DNA from: Bdellovibrionales bacterium
Lineage (GTDB): Bacteria; Bdellovibrionota; Bdellovibrionia; Bdellovibrionales; UBA1609
DNA: 64,000 nucleotides
Reading direction: 5' to 3'
Assembly: GCA_965261545.1 (NCBI GenBank)
Contig: CBDHDF010000010.1
Coordinates: 864,001 to 928,000 of the forward strand
Part shown: in pieces, positions 21,051-31,260 of the stretch
How positions within the stretch are numbered: position 1 is the stretch's first letter
Layout: every line of letters starts with the position of its first letter
Position numbers and translations under genes: made by a program
The notes under the pieces: model-generated
The model's input: only the letters and a program-made list of their open reading frames with translations
What the model was told of the DNA's origin: nothing
Databases searched by the model: none

Positions 21051-22790
21051 ATGAAATATCGCATGAAAAAGATCTTTTACACTTTGATCTTAGCTTTTAT
21101 ATTCTTGATATCTTTTTCCACTTCGGTATGGGCAGTCATCGACACAAGAAACGCCAATTTTTCAGACCCTTGGATTGACCTTGTTGTTCCGGGCTCAGGT
21201 TATGATCTGCGTGTGAAGCGATCCTATAACAGTCGCACACTCTTTAATGGAATATTTGGTTTTGGTTGGTGTGCCGATTTTGAATCAAAGATTGAGAAAA
21301 CATCAACTGGAGATCTCAAGCTCACTGAATGTGGTGGAGGTCTAGAGGTCACTTTTAAATCTGGTTCATCTAGCTATCAAAATACATTGAAGGTGATTGA
21401 TAAAATTGTAGCCGCTCTTAGGCAGAAAAAAAAGAGGCTTAGTGAGTCTTATTTCACAAAGTTGAAAGGTGAATTGGAGTACGATAACAACCTCAGAGAA
21501 AAATATGCTAAGAATTTGAAAATCAAGCGAATTCCTGTCAGAAGTCAGCGCACTTTTTATGCCAATGGAAGGGCGGATGAAAATATTAAACTAGATGAAA
21601 AATACTATGTGCGTAGCCTCCCCAATGGAACCTATGAGAAGTATAATATGAAAGGACAATTAAAATATATTTATGACAAAAATGGAAATTATTTAAAAAT
21701 AAAGTACAATGGAAAAAAGATTGTATCTGTCATTGATAACCAGGGCCGAAGGTTGATGTTTAAATATCAGGGCGACAAAGTGTCTTCCATTCAAGGACCC
21801 AATGGATTGTCAGTTTCTTATAAGCACAAAGATGAGGATTTAGTTTATGTCAAAAATGCCTGGAAAAATGAGTATACTTATAAATATGATGACCTCCACA
21901 ATCTTGTTCGTATTAATTATCCCGATAAAACTTTTAAGGCCATTTCTTACAACAAAGACAAAGATTGGGTGACAAGTTTCATCGATCGCAGAAAATGTAT
22001 CGAATCTTACAAGTATGAATCTGATCCCAATGATCCACTCAACCACTACACTTCTTATATTGAAAAAAAGTGCAATGGAAAGATCACCAATGTGAGTTCC
22101 TATGAATTTCTCTATAGGAAGAGAAAAAACGGAAGTCGTTATTTAGCCCGGACGCGATCTGATAACAATGGTGATATTGTTGATATGTTTTATCATCCAG
22201 TTTTTGGAAAACCCACCTCAGTTTTAAGAAATGGTATCACATTGGTTTATACCTATTATCCATCGGGAATGGTCAAAGAAAGACGTGAGCCCACACAAAC
22301 ATCTTCTTTTCAATACAAAAATAAATGTCAAAAAGTTTCCCATGTGGTAACAAAGTCTTACCAAATTGTCAGAACTCCCAGCCATAAAAAAACAAAACAC
22401 AGGGCAGACCGAAAGTCTTATAGAAGAAAGCTTGTGAAGACTGTGAGAAGCTATTTTGAGTACGACAAGGCAAAGTGCAACCTTGCCTTGGCAAAAAATT
22501 CCATAGGTCAGGTCGCACGGATATCTCACGATCAGAGAGGGCGAATTCAGACCATCAAGGACCAGTCTCAGAAAATCATTTCTATTAACTATGAAGAGCG
22601 CTTTAGTAAACCCAGCAAAATCACTCGACCAGGATTGGGTTCTCTTTCGGTTTCCTATAAGTTAGATGGATCTTTGAAAAATGTGAGTAGTGATCAAGGC
22701 CCTTCTGTGGCTGTTCAAATTGCTAGCGTTTTTAACAACCTTTTAGAGATCATCTCTCCTGTGAACAGTGATCTTGGCCTGGATTTATAG
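21051..22790 (+). CDS. Secreted RHS/YD-repeat protein, Bd0109-like
   Basis: Signal peptide, RSYNSR...G.FGFGW (DUF6531-like) and YD-type repeats (YIYDKNGN, YKYDDLHNL). No RHS core or toxin tip. Confidence 0.85.
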   Translation: MKYRMKKIFYTLILAFIFLISFSTSVWAVIDTRNANFSDPWIDLVVPGSGYDLRVKRSYNSRTLFNGIFGFGWCADFESKIEKTSTGDLKLTECGGGLEVTFKSGSSSYQNTLKVIDKIVAALRQKKKRLSESYFTKLKGELEYDNNLREKYAKNLKIKRIPVRSQRTFYANGRADENIKLDEKYYVRSLPNGTYEKYNMKGQLKYIYDKNGNYLKIKYNGKKIVSVIDNQGRRLMFKYQGDKVSSIQGPNGLSVSYKHKDEDLVYVKNAWKNEYTYKYDDLHNLVRINYPDKTFKAISYNKDKDWVTSFIDRRKCIESYKYESDPNDPLNHYTSYIEKKCNGKITNVSSYEFLYRKRKNGSRYLARTRSDNNGDIVDMFYHPVFGKPTSVLRNGITLVYTYYPSGMVKERREPTQTSSFQYKNKCQKVSHVVTKSYQIVRTPSHKKTKHRADRKSYRRKLVKTVRSYFEYDKAKCNLALAKNSIGQVARISHDQRGRIQTIKDQSQKIISINYEERFSKPSKITRPGLGSLSVSYKLDGSLKNVSSDQGPSVAVQIASVFNNLLEIISPVNSDLGLDL

Positions 22791-22792
22791 TT

Positions 22793-23176
22793 ATGAAGCT
22801 TTTAAGATGGAATATCGCCATGATGATTTTGAAGAAGCTGACGTTGAGAATACTGACTCTGAAAATGTTGACTTTAAGAATTATAGGAATGCCAATGGCT
22901 TTGTTTTTCTTATTTGTCTTCACGGGCCTACTGCCTGCAACCTCAGTGGCGGAAAGCTCTTTTGTGGACCCCATGCTTGCGGTGCCGACAGCTCCCAATG
23001 ACACAGAGGGTATTTTGGAGGTTCAAGACTGTTGCCGCCACAGTCAAAGCGGCACTCGTGTAGGGGGAGAACTTTACGCAGATACAAAGGCAAAAAGTCA
23101 GGGAGCAGGGGGCCATCAAAAAGAAGGTGGCAATGAAAGTCCGAATTCTCATTCCACAGAGGGTACGGGTCCATAA
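22793..23176 (+). CDS. Small secreted disordered protein, Bd0108(hit)-like (start uncertain)
   Basis: Directly follows the RHS gene. Hydrophobic signal ending ..SVA, then a short polar Gly/Ser-rich chain with DCC and a C-terminal GTGP. Confidence 0.6.
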   Translation: MKLLRWNIAMMILKKLTLRILTLKMLTLRIIGMPMALFFLFVFTGLLPATSVAESSFVDPMLAVPTAPNDTEGILEVQDCCRHSQSGTRVGGELYADTKAKSQGAGGHQKEGGNESPNSHSTEGTGP

Positions 23177-23197
23177 TCTTAATGATTCCAGGGTGAC

Positions 23198-24148
23198 TCA
23201 GCCTCTCCTCTCATGGGGGCCGCAGGCCTTCCCACCCACGCCATGAGAGGTGACTCTCTTAGAATATCCGTAAAAAATCCGTTTTCGTTGGGATTCACTT
23301 AACTCCACATATTGACCACGCGGAAGTTTGCCCAACTTAAGTTGACCAATGGCAATTCGTCGAAGCTTTATCACATCAAAGCCTATCTTCTCAAACATCC
23401 GTCGAACCTGACGATTTTTACCTTCAGAAATAATAATTTGGACCCACGCCTTATCTCCTCCCCCACTTTTACCCCTTTTGGCAACAGTGAGGCCCTGCCT
23501 GTTGATATTTTTCTTACGAAATTTCTCAACGTGAAGAGCTTTCACCTTCCCCCCCACAATAGAAACACCTCTTTTAAGCTTATTAAGCTGATCCATGGAA
23601 GGATTTCCATCAAGTTTTGCAAGATAGGTTTTTGGAATTTCCTCTTTGGGGTGAGTCACCAACTGGGAAAAGTCTCCATCATTGGTCATAATGAGAAGAC
23701 CTTCTGTGTCCCAATCAAGACGTCCCACAGGAAAAAGCCTTGTTTTCTTAAATTTCTTATTCTTAAAGAAATCTGCAACAACAGACCGCCCTTCGGGATC
23801 CTCCATGGAGGTAAGTACCTTCTTAGGTTTATGAAACATGAGATAAACCTTGTCACCTTTGATCCCATGGATAGGCTTCCCCTTGACAAATATTCGGTCA
23901 CTGTGAGGATCGATTTGATCTCCAAGCTGAGCGGTTTTACCATTGATTTGCACAAGACCTTCTATGATAAGAACATCGGCCTTTCTACGGCTGACCATTC
24001 CACAGTCGGCAATAAATTTGTTAAGACGAATTTTCTTGGGATTCGATCTTGGCTTTGAATTTAGCCTTGAGCTTGGTCTTGAGCTTGGTTTGGGCCTTGG
24101 CCTTGGCTTTGGCTTTGAGTTTTTTGAGCTTGTGTTTAAACGAGGCAT
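23198..24148 (-). CDS. rluB: rRNA pseudouridine synthase, RluB/RsuA family
   Basis: S4 domain RLNKFIADCGMVSRRKAD, catalytic VGRLDWDTEGLL and EGKNRQVRRM; K/P/R/S repeat extension at the N-terminus. Confidence 0.88.
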   Translation of the reverse strand: MPRLNTSSKNSKPKPRPRPKPSSRPSSRLNSKPRSNPKKIRLNKFIADCGMVSRRKADVLIIEGLVQINGKTAQLGDQIDPHSDRIFVKGKPIHGIKGDKVYLMFHKPKKVLTSMEDPEGRSVVADFFKNKKFKKTRLFPVGRLDWDTEGLLIMTNDGDFSQLVTHPKEEIPKTYLAKLDGNPSMDQLNKLKRGVSIVGGKVKALHVEKFRKKNINRQGLTVAKRGKSGGGDKAWVQIIISEGKNRQVRRMFEKIGFDVIKLRRIAIGQLKLGKLPRGQYVELSESQRKRIFYGYSKRVTSHGVGGKACGPHERRG

Positions 24149-24157
24149 ATATCCTTC

Positions 24158-26125
24158 CTATTTACTATTGAGCCTTTGTCTTTGAGTCTTTGGGGGTCTC
24201 TTGGACGGAGCCCTAGGGCTTTTTTTTTTGATCGAAATAAGTGCCTTTTTCATTCTTTCAAGAAACCCTTTGTGGCTCTCAAACCCATTGAGGGTGAGGT
24301 CTTTGCGATAATTTCCCTTTGGACCATAGAAAACAATGTGGGGAAGACCAAGTATATCATATTTTTTTGCAAGATGACGAAAAGATTTTGTAGGCTCCGT
24401 CGCATCAAACTTAATCCAAATAAAATTCTCACCAAGCTTGCGCACTTCAGGGTGAGTAAATGTGTATAGTTCGAGTTTCTTGCAGGCAGAGCACCAATCG
24501 GCATAAAAATCGATGACAATGCCCTTTCCCTCCACAGTGGCTTTTGCCAAATTTTCTTGATTGTATTCATTCCATGGAGGGTCCATTTCTGAGTTCACTG
24601 AGGGCGGAGAAACTAAGTGAGAAGAAAAGAGGGGGTAAGCATAGCTTCCAGCCATCCATAAAATAATACATCCAAAAATATACTTAATGGTATTCATCCA
24701 GGGGCCCGCCTTTGGAAGCCTCAGGGGAAGTCTCCGGAGGCTTTGCATGGAGAGACCTAAGAAAATAAAAAGTTGACCAAGCCCAAGAGCAAAAACAAAG
24801 AGAAGGATAAAGCCCCACATAATGTCTTGTGTCTGTGCAACGTATGTAAGAATAGAAATGAGAACAGGGCCCACACAAGGGCTAGCGATCACTCCAAAAA
24901 TAAGACCTGCGGCAAAAGAACCTAAATAATTGGTGGATGTTTTCTTAGAACCCAACTTGTTGGAAATAAATGCAGGGCACTTGATTTCAAATAAACCAAA
25001 CATACTCAAGGCCATGGCCACAAGAATACAAGTGATAGCAGCCGTGACATAGATATTGCCCAAAAAGGCTCCAAAAAGCTGTCCCGTACTTGCAGCTATA
25101 GCCCCAAGAACGGCATAAGTAAGAGCTATACCTAAAACATAACAGAGGCTAAGTACAAAAGCCTTCCTCCGAGAAGTCCTCCTGTCCGTGGCTCCCAAAA
25201 CGGCCAATGTGATGGGAATCATGGGGTAAATACATGGGAGGAAGCTTGTCACTACGCCACCCAAAAATGCTACGAACAGAAGAGTCAGCCAGTCCCTTAG
25301 AGAGATGGCCTTTTTAATCTCCTCATCGAGTCGATTTAAAAAAGAAGTTTTCTTTTGGCCTTTGGTTTTGGCTCCAAGCTTTGTTTCAGGTGAATCTGTC
25401 GTGTAGGGTATCGCCGACATTTTTGGAAGACTTGTAAAGGGGACTTTCAACTCAATACTCTTAGGTAATAGGCAGTATGTCTTTGAGCAAGCCTGATACA
25501 TCAATGTGAAAATAGCCTGCTGTTCTCCAGGGCTTAAATTTTCAGATATTTCAAATGATGTTTTAATTTCTGCCTTGCCTTCAACCCCCACCTGATTTGT
25601 CTTGGTGAATTTATCATAAAACTCCTTGGTAGGGTTTATCAGTAAGTTTGTAATGCTGGAGTGAACTGGAAATTTTGGTGTGAGCTTAAATTTTTTAACA
25701 TAGGCATAGTGTCCTTTATCAACCTCCAGCTCTATAGTAAGTTCTGTGCTGGCACCCGCTGGAAGATGAGGGTGGTGAAGATAACTTTTTGTCACTCGAA
25801 GGGGGTTGGGATTAATAGGAAAGTTTGTCTCTTGTGCCGCAAGTTGAAAACCAACAAGAAAGAGAGGAGTGAGAAGAGCCCCGAAGCAGGACCAAGTGCA
25901 GACTCGAACACAGGACCAGGACCAGGAGCAGGACCAGGACCATGCACAAGACCATGTCCATCGCAACAGCAACAACATCGACAAAAGCAGCGGCGGTCGT
26001 AGTGAACATGACTTTGCATGGGGTGGAAGCAGTGACCTCCATAACCTCAATGGATTCATGGGGAGAGTATATAGCAAGAACTCCCAAGGGCCAATGTTCA
26101 AATCTACGTTCAAATTTACATCCAT
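24158..26125 (-). CDS. dsbD: Thiol:disulfide interchange protein DsbD (start uncertain, probably later)
   Basis: N-domain YQACSKTYCLLP, TM domain LPCIYPMIP and ASPCVGP, thioredoxin domain DFYADWCSACK. Confidence 0.92.
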   Translation of the reverse strand: MDVNLNVDLNIGPWEFLLYTLPMNPLRLWRSLLPPHAKSCSLRPPLLLSMLLLLRWTWSCAWSWSCSWSWSCVRVCTWSCFGALLTPLFLVGFQLAAQETNFPINPNPLRVTKSYLHHPHLPAGASTELTIELEVDKGHYAYVKKFKLTPKFPVHSSITNLLINPTKEFYDKFTKTNQVGVEGKAEIKTSFEISENLSPGEQQAIFTLMYQACSKTYCLLPKSIELKVPFTSLPKMSAIPYTTDSPETKLGAKTKGQKKTSFLNRLDEEIKKAISLRDWLTLLFVAFLGGVVTSFLPCIYPMIPITLAVLGATDRRTSRRKAFVLSLCYVLGIALTYAVLGAIAASTGQLFGAFLGNIYVTAAITCILVAMALSMFGLFEIKCPAFISNKLGSKKTSTNYLGSFAAGLIFGVIASPCVGPVLISILTYVAQTQDIMWGFILLFVFALGLGQLFIFLGLSMQSLRRLPLRLPKAGPWMNTIKYIFGCIILWMAGSYAYPLFSSHLVSPPSVNSEMDPPWNEYNQENLAKATVEGKGIVIDFYADWCSACKKLELYTFTHPEVRKLGENFIWIKFDATEPTKSFRHLAKKYDILGLPHIVFYGPKGNYRKDLTLNGFESHKGFLERMKKALISIKKKSPRAPSKRPPKTQRQRLNSK

Positions 26126-26227
26126 CGCATGTTTCTATGACTCTTCGAATACATACGTTTGGTTTTTCAGATACCTATAACCTGAAGTACAAAAATCAGG
26201 TATTGATAAGTCACTCAGCCTTGATAT

Positions 26228-27124
26228 CTATGATGTTTCAGAAAGACGCATAAAACTTAAAATATCCTCGATCATTTCTTGAAAGAGCTGCTGCTTTTTT
26301 CGTCGCCTTGAGAGAGAAAGATAAAGGTGAAAACCCACTTGCGAAAGATGATCCAAAGCATAGGGTCCCATTTGTCGGTGCCCCCAGCCTTGAGAAGAGA
26401 TTTCAAGAAGACCGTCATGCTCACACTCATACTTTTCCTTGTGACCATGCTTTATGCGCTTTAATGAAAAAATTCTGTGAAAAACCCTGAAAGGCAAGCT
26501 CTGCTGGTGGACAGAAAGACCACATATCATAGAGGCTGAGGGAATGTGGTGAAGCAGAGGAAAGCACTTATTAATGTGGGTGACGGCTTCTGGATCCATA
26601 ATAGGTGAGAGATTTTGCAAGCGTTCATGGAGATTATATCCCATCTTTCGGGCGACAAGCAAAATGAAAGGCTGTTTTTGTGTATAAGTTATGATGTCTT
26701 GTGCGAGTTGAGCGCCTTGGTGGGGAGTCGCCATGGTGACCACGCTGAGAACCTTCTCTGAAAGTTCAGGGTGGTGGCTTATGGCCCTGGCAATAAGCCC
26801 TCCCACAGAGTGGCCAAGAAGGTGAAATCTCTTGAAATTCTGGGCTTGGACAAAGGCCACCGTCCTTTGTATTTGCTCCTCCAAAACTCCGACTTGAACG
26901 TTGTCGACAGAAACAAGAGAGGCTTTCATTTGATAAAAAGTTCTTTCTATGTGCCTTTGCATTCGGCCAAGGCGAAAAGGACCCACTCGAAGCTCGTTGT
27001 CCCCCCGCGTATTCAGACCACGAATAAAGATGATGGGATAAGTGAGCGCCTGAGACACAAACTTTGGAGGAATGAGCGCTTCAAAGGCAAGCCCTTCAGA
27101 GGTGGGCGTTTCAGAGGCCATCAA
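26228..27124 (-). CDS. Alpha/beta hydrolase, lipase-like
   Basis: Nucleophile elbow HLLGHSVGG, plus TPHQG, HDGL and LDHLSQVG. Confidence 0.85.
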   Translation of the reverse strand: MMASETPTSEGLAFEALIPPKFVSQALTYPIIFIRGLNTRGDNELRVGPFRLGRMQRHIERTFYQMKASLVSVDNVQVGVLEEQIQRTVAFVQAQNFKRFHLLGHSVGGLIARAISHHPELSEKVLSVVTMATPHQGAQLAQDIITYTQKQPFILLVARKMGYNLHERLQNLSPIMDPEAVTHINKCFPLLHHIPSASMICGLSVHQQSLPFRVFHRIFSLKRIKHGHKEKYECEHDGLLEISSQGWGHRQMGPYALDHLSQVGFHLYLSLSRRRKKQQLFQEMIEDILSFMRLSETS

Positions 27125-27510
27125 CTGGCAAGCCTTTTCACCTTTTCTACAATTTCAGCAATGGATGCTCCGGGGCCAAACACAGCAGCCACTCCCGTTG
27201 AAAGCAACTCCTCTCGGTCCTTATCGGGAATAATCCCTCCCACAAAAAGAGGTCGTTTAAAATCTTCGAGGGTCAACTGCCTCTGGATTTCTTGAACGAG
27301 GGGAATATGAGCCCCCGACAGTATGGAAAGCCCAATAATATCTACATCTTCTTGAAGGGCCGCGCTGGCAACCATCTCTGGAGTTTGGTGCAAACCCGTA
27401 TAAATAACCTCAAACCCCGCATCACGAAGCCCACGAGCCACCACCTTGGCGCCTCGGTCATGTCCGTCTAAACCAGGTTTTGCCATAAGAACACGAATGA
27501 CCCTTGCCAT
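27121..27510 (-). CDS. Methylmalonyl-CoA mutase small (cobalamin-binding) subunit
   Basis: [13 protein letters not shown] (DxHxxG), GLSILSGAH and VGGIIP. Confidence 0.93.
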   Translation of the reverse strand: MARVIRVLMAKPGLDGHDRGAKVVARGLRDAGFEVIYTGLHQTPEMVASAALQEDVDIIGLSILSGAHIPLVQEIQRQLTLEDFKRPLFVGGIIPDKDREELLSTGVAAVFGPGASIAEIVEKVKRLAS

Positions 27511-27743
27511 ATAACTAAACTTAAACTCTCATATACAAGAAGTCATCAGAGGACAGCAGAAGTCAGCAGAGAATAATGCATAGAGCCAAGTTCCGTGGCG
27601 ACTCCCCGGCCCTACTCTGGGCTGGGCTGGACCATAATTGGGGAGCTTCAAAAGGAAGGATTGATCCATTAGGTCACTTGGCCTGGGTTGATTGTCTTCC
27701 CTGAGAAGCTTGAGAAATATAAGAAAAACCCTCCGGAGTGCTG

Positions 27744-27809
27744 TTGACCGTAAATATCCTAGTGTATACGTTGGGCAAAGTTTGGATTATATCCAAACTC
27801 AATATTGAG
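27744..27809 (+). promoter_or_regulatory. Putative sigma70 promoter and operator palindromes upstream of a TonB-dependent receptor
   Basis: TTGACC(27744)-N17-TACGTT(27767). Perfect IR AGTTTGGAT-TAT-ATCCAAACT (27779-27799) overlaps the palindrome CTCAATATTGAG (27798-27809). Confidence 0.55.
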
Positions 27810-27850
27810 AACGGCTTCTGTCGCTAACTTCGCAAGAACTAAGGATAAAC

Positions 27851-30049
27851 ATGAAAATTTTATCTGGCATCGCTTTGTTTTTTATCCTGTGTTCAGCACT
27901 GGCTCGGGAGGGAATTGAAACCATCACGGTGACGGCGAGTAAGGAAAAACGTCTGGCTTCCGAGGTTCCCTTGTCTCTGTCCGTTTTGCAAGATGATAGA
28001 CTCAATCAATTGCGTTCTTCAGGTATGGATGTTCGCTTTATGACAAACAGGGTGCCTAGCTTGCAGGCATCGTCAGGTTTTGGGCGGGTCTATCCCTACT
28101 TTTTTATTCGAGGTTTGGGCAACACGGACTTTGACATGAATGCCTCCCAGCCTGTGTCCATTATCCATGATGGCATTGTACTGGAAAATCCTTGGCTGAA
28201 GGGAACTCCAATCTTTGATGTCGAACGCATTGAAGTTTTACGCGGTCCCCAAGGAACTTTGTTTGGTCGCAATACTCCGGCAGGTATTATAAAAGTTGAG
28301 ACGGCTCGCCCGACTTGGGATTTTGAGGGGTATGGCCGGCTCTCCTATGGTCGTTTTGGTAGCGTGAATTTTGAAGGTGTTTTATCGGAGGCGTTGATTC
28401 CATCAGTCTTGGCAGGCCGGATTTCTGTATTAACGGAACATCGTAAAGGATGGATTGACAACATCTATACGGGAGAAGAGGGCGCTCTGGGTGGTTATCG
28501 CGACTTTAATAATCGTGTTCAACTCTTGTGGACACCCTCGGAAAGTCTCTCTGGCCGGTTTAAGTATCATCACCGTAATCTTGATAGCAGTGCTCGGGCT
28601 TTTCACGCCAATGCCTTGTTACCTGCGCAACCGGGACGGTTGCGCCCGAGTTTTCGGCGCGATCAAATCTCCCACGATGGGAAAAACTCGCAAGACTTGT
28701 CCAATAATGGATTTTCTGCGGAGTTGACCCATGACTCCGGAGCGATTAAATTCATCTCTCTGACAGGATGGGAACGACTGAAGGGCTTGTCCCGGGGTGA
28801 TGTGGACGGGGGCTTTGGTGCCTCTTTCAACCTTCCCTCAGGGCCCGCTGGGGAAATCCCTTTTCCTTCAGAGACAGCCGATGGAATCTCGGCCCTGCGC
28901 CAACTTAGCCAAGAGTTTCGTTTGGAACACAAAATTTCAAAGAGCTTCGGTTGGCGAATCGGTGCCTTTTATTTTAATGAAAAGCTGAAGACGGATGGCT
29001 TTAGCTACGATACATTCAACGAGAACATTCAAAACGGACTCATCCGTCAAAAGCAGCAGACGAGAGCCTGGGCTTTGTTTGCGGCAACTACCTTTGATAT
29101 GACCGACAAGGTGAAAACCTCCGCAGGACTACGCATTTCTAAAGATAGCAAAGACTACAGTACTGAGCGCCTGCAATCTCCCATAGGGACCGGACCGCTC
29201 GGCCCATTGCACAAGGCACCCAAGGATACAGTGCCAAGTTGGGATGCTAGCATCCACTATCGAATGTCTCCAGGGATTTCGCCTTACGCTCGAGTTGCCA
29301 GTAGTTTTCGGGCCCCGAGTATTCAGGGGCGCTTACTATTCGGCAATGATGTCACCGTAGCCGAGACTGAAAAAATTATTTCCGTTGAAAGTGGTGTAAA
29401 GTTGCGTTTGTGGGATCAGCGTCTCCACTTGGATTTGGCGGCCTATCATTTTTTGATGAATGACCAACAATTGACGGCGGGTTCGGGAACGAACAATGCC
29501 AATCGTTTGGTCAATGCCGAACGAACTATTGGACGGGGAATCGAGGCGGAGGGGGCTTTGGCCTTGGATTACGGTTTTGACCTGAGTTTTGGTTTAAGCT
29601 ACAACTATACTCGTCTCGATGATCCAGGTTTTTTTATTCAACCTTGTGGTTCCAATTGTACAGTTTTGGATCCTCCGGGTTCCGCTTCCGAAACGGTTTC
29701 CATTCACGGCAATAGCTTGCCCCATGCGCCCCGCTGGATGGCCAACTTCAATTTGAGCCATACCCATAATTTTTCCAGCGGAGCGAAGTTGATTTTGTCA
29801 ACGGATTGGATTTATCGCAGTCGTATCAACTTTTTTCTCTATGAATCCCGAGAGTTTGGTGATACCAGCTTGCTTGAGGGTGGAATCCGTTTGGGGTGGC
29901 ATTCTCCAACGGATCGCTGGGAAGTGGCGGCCTTCGGACGCAATATTCTCAATAATCTCTCGCCCACGGGTGGTGTAGATTTTAATAATCTAACCGCTTT
30001 CGTCAATGAGCCGCCTTTTTGGGGCTTGCAGGCGCTGATGCGTTTTTAA
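27851..30049 (+). CDS. TonB-dependent receptor
   Basis: TonB box ETITVTA, plug motifs FIRGLG and DVERIEVLRGPQGTLFGRNTPAG, C-terminal Phe. Confidence 0.93.
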   Translation: MKILSGIALFFILCSALAREGIETITVTASKEKRLASEVPLSLSVLQDDRLNQLRSSGMDVRFMTNRVPSLQASSGFGRVYPYFFIRGLGNTDFDMNASQPVSIIHDGIVLENPWLKGTPIFDVERIEVLRGPQGTLFGRNTPAGIIKVETARPTWDFEGYGRLSYGRFGSVNFEGVLSEALIPSVLAGRISVLTEHRKGWIDNIYTGEEGALGGYRDFNNRVQLLWTPSESLSGRFKYHHRNLDSSARAFHANALLPAQPGRLRPSFRRDQISHDGKNSQDLSNNGFSAELTHDSGAIKFISLTGWERLKGLSRGDVDGGFGASFNLPSGPAGEIPFPSETADGISALRQLSQEFRLEHKISKSFGWRIGAFYFNEKLKTDGFSYDTFNENIQNGLIRQKQQTRAWALFAATTFDMTDKVKTSAGLRISKDSKDYSTERLQSPIGTGPLGPLHKAPKDTVPSWDASIHYRMSPGISPYARVASSFRAPSIQGRLLFGNDVTVAETEKIISVESGVKLRLWDQRLHLDLAAYHFLMNDQQLTAGSGTNNANRLVNAERTIGRGIEAEGALALDYGFDLSFGLSYNYTRLDDPGFFIQPCGSNCTVLDPPGSASETVSIHGNSLPHAPRWMANFNLSHTHNFSSGAKLILSTDWIYRSRINFFLYESREFGDTSLLEGGIRLGWHSPTDRWEVAAFGRNILNNLSPTGGVDFNNLTAFVNEPPFWGLQALMRF

Positions 30050-30098
30050 CTCCATCGTCGAGGACAACCCCAACAAAATAAGTAAGGAGAGGACACCT

Positions 30099-31247
30099 AT
30101 GTCTCACTTAGCACTGACTCAATTTTCTGAAGATGAAAACGCATTTCGCAAGGCGGTTCGTTCATTTTCGGAAGGAGAGGTGAAACCCTTGGTTGGCAAA
30201 ATGGATCATGAGGCTCAAATGGACTCCTCTTTGATTCGACAGCTCTTTGAAATGGGACTGATGGGCATTGAGTCTCCTGAGAGGTTTGGGGGAACTGAGG
30301 GAAGCTTTACCATGGCCTGCATTGCCATTGAGGAATTGGCTCGCATTGATGCTTCTGTGAGTGTCTTGGTGGATGTTCAAAATACTTTGGTCACCAATGC
30401 CTTTTTGAAATGGGCTAACGACCCCATGAAAGAAAAGTACCTTCCCCAATTGTCCCAAGAAAAGGTGGGAGCCTACGCCTTGAGTGAAAGTGGAAGCGGC
30501 TCAGACGCCTTTGCTCTCAAACTCAAATGCGAAGACCAAGGAGAGCACTATCTCCTCAATGGACATAAGCTCTGGATCACCAATGGCAATGAGGCTGAAA
30601 TCTTTATTTGCTTTGCCAATGCGGACCCCAGTCAAGGCTATAAAGGAATTACAGGTCTTATTGTTGAAAAGGAATATCTAGGTTTTTCTGTGGGAAAAAA
30701 AGAAGAAAAGTTGGGAATTAAGGCCAGCTCCACCTGCGAACTGATCTTTGAAAACTGCCAGGTCCCCAAGGAAAACGTCATTGGGGAGGTGGGCAAAGGT
30801 TATAAGATTGCCATTGAAACTCTCAATGAGGGGCGTATTGGCATTGGAGCACAAATGCTAGGCATTGCCCAGGGTGCCTATGAAGCCACGCTTAAATATA
30901 TCAAAGGACGCGAGCAGTTTGGAAAAAGCATTAGCCAATTTCAGGGGGTGCAGTTTCAACTGGCAGAAATGCGAACCGAACTGGAGGCCACTCGTTTAAT
31001 GGTCTACAATGCTGCGAGGCTTAAAGATGCCGGAAAATCCTTTGTTCACCAAGCAGCCATGGCCAAACTTTATGCCTCCCGCGCTGCCGAAAAAATCTCG
31101 TCCATGGCTGTGGACCTTTTTGGTGGCAACGGCTTTACCACAGAGTATCCCGTGGAAAAATTCTTTAGAGATGCCAAAATTGGCCAAATTTACGAGGGAA
31201 CCTCCAATATGCAGCTGCAAACCATTGCCAAAAATGAATTGAAGTAA
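30099..31247 (+). CDS. Acyl-CoA dehydrogenase (short/branched-chain type)
   Basis: Motifs YALSESGSGSDA, KLWITNG, KLGIKASST, LNEGRIGI and RDAKIGQIYEGTSNMQ. Confidence 0.93.
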   Translation: MSHLALTQFSEDENAFRKAVRSFSEGEVKPLVGKMDHEAQMDSSLIRQLFEMGLMGIESPERFGGTEGSFTMACIAIEELARIDASVSVLVDVQNTLVTNAFLKWANDPMKEKYLPQLSQEKVGAYALSESGSGSDAFALKLKCEDQGEHYLLNGHKLWITNGNEAEIFICFANADPSQGYKGITGLIVEKEYLGFSVGKKEEKLGIKASSTCELIFENCQVPKENVIGEVGKGYKIAIETLNEGRIGIGAQMLGIAQGAYEATLKYIKGREQFGKSISQFQGVQFQLAEMRTELEATRLMVYNAARLKDAGKSFVHQAAMAKLYASRAAEKISSMAVDLFGGNGFTTEYPVEKFFRDAKIGQIYEGTSNMQLQTIAKNELK

Positions 31248-31260
31248 TGTGGAATGTGGG

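Noticed and set aside
21051..23176. RHS polymorphic toxin-immunity pair
   Set aside because: There is no DPxG core motif or toxin tip, and the downstream protein is secreted and disordered. This fits Bd0109/Bd0108 better.
23312..24058. Long antisense ORF (also 45700-46332, 47431-48201, 53941-54552 and 55708-56286)
   Set aside because: These are shadow frames of well-supported genes, with no motifs or SD.
27511..27850. Cobalamin riboswitch between the B12-binding gene and the TonB receptor
   Set aside because: No recognisable B12 box or core motifs seen by eye; an Rfam scan would be decisive.
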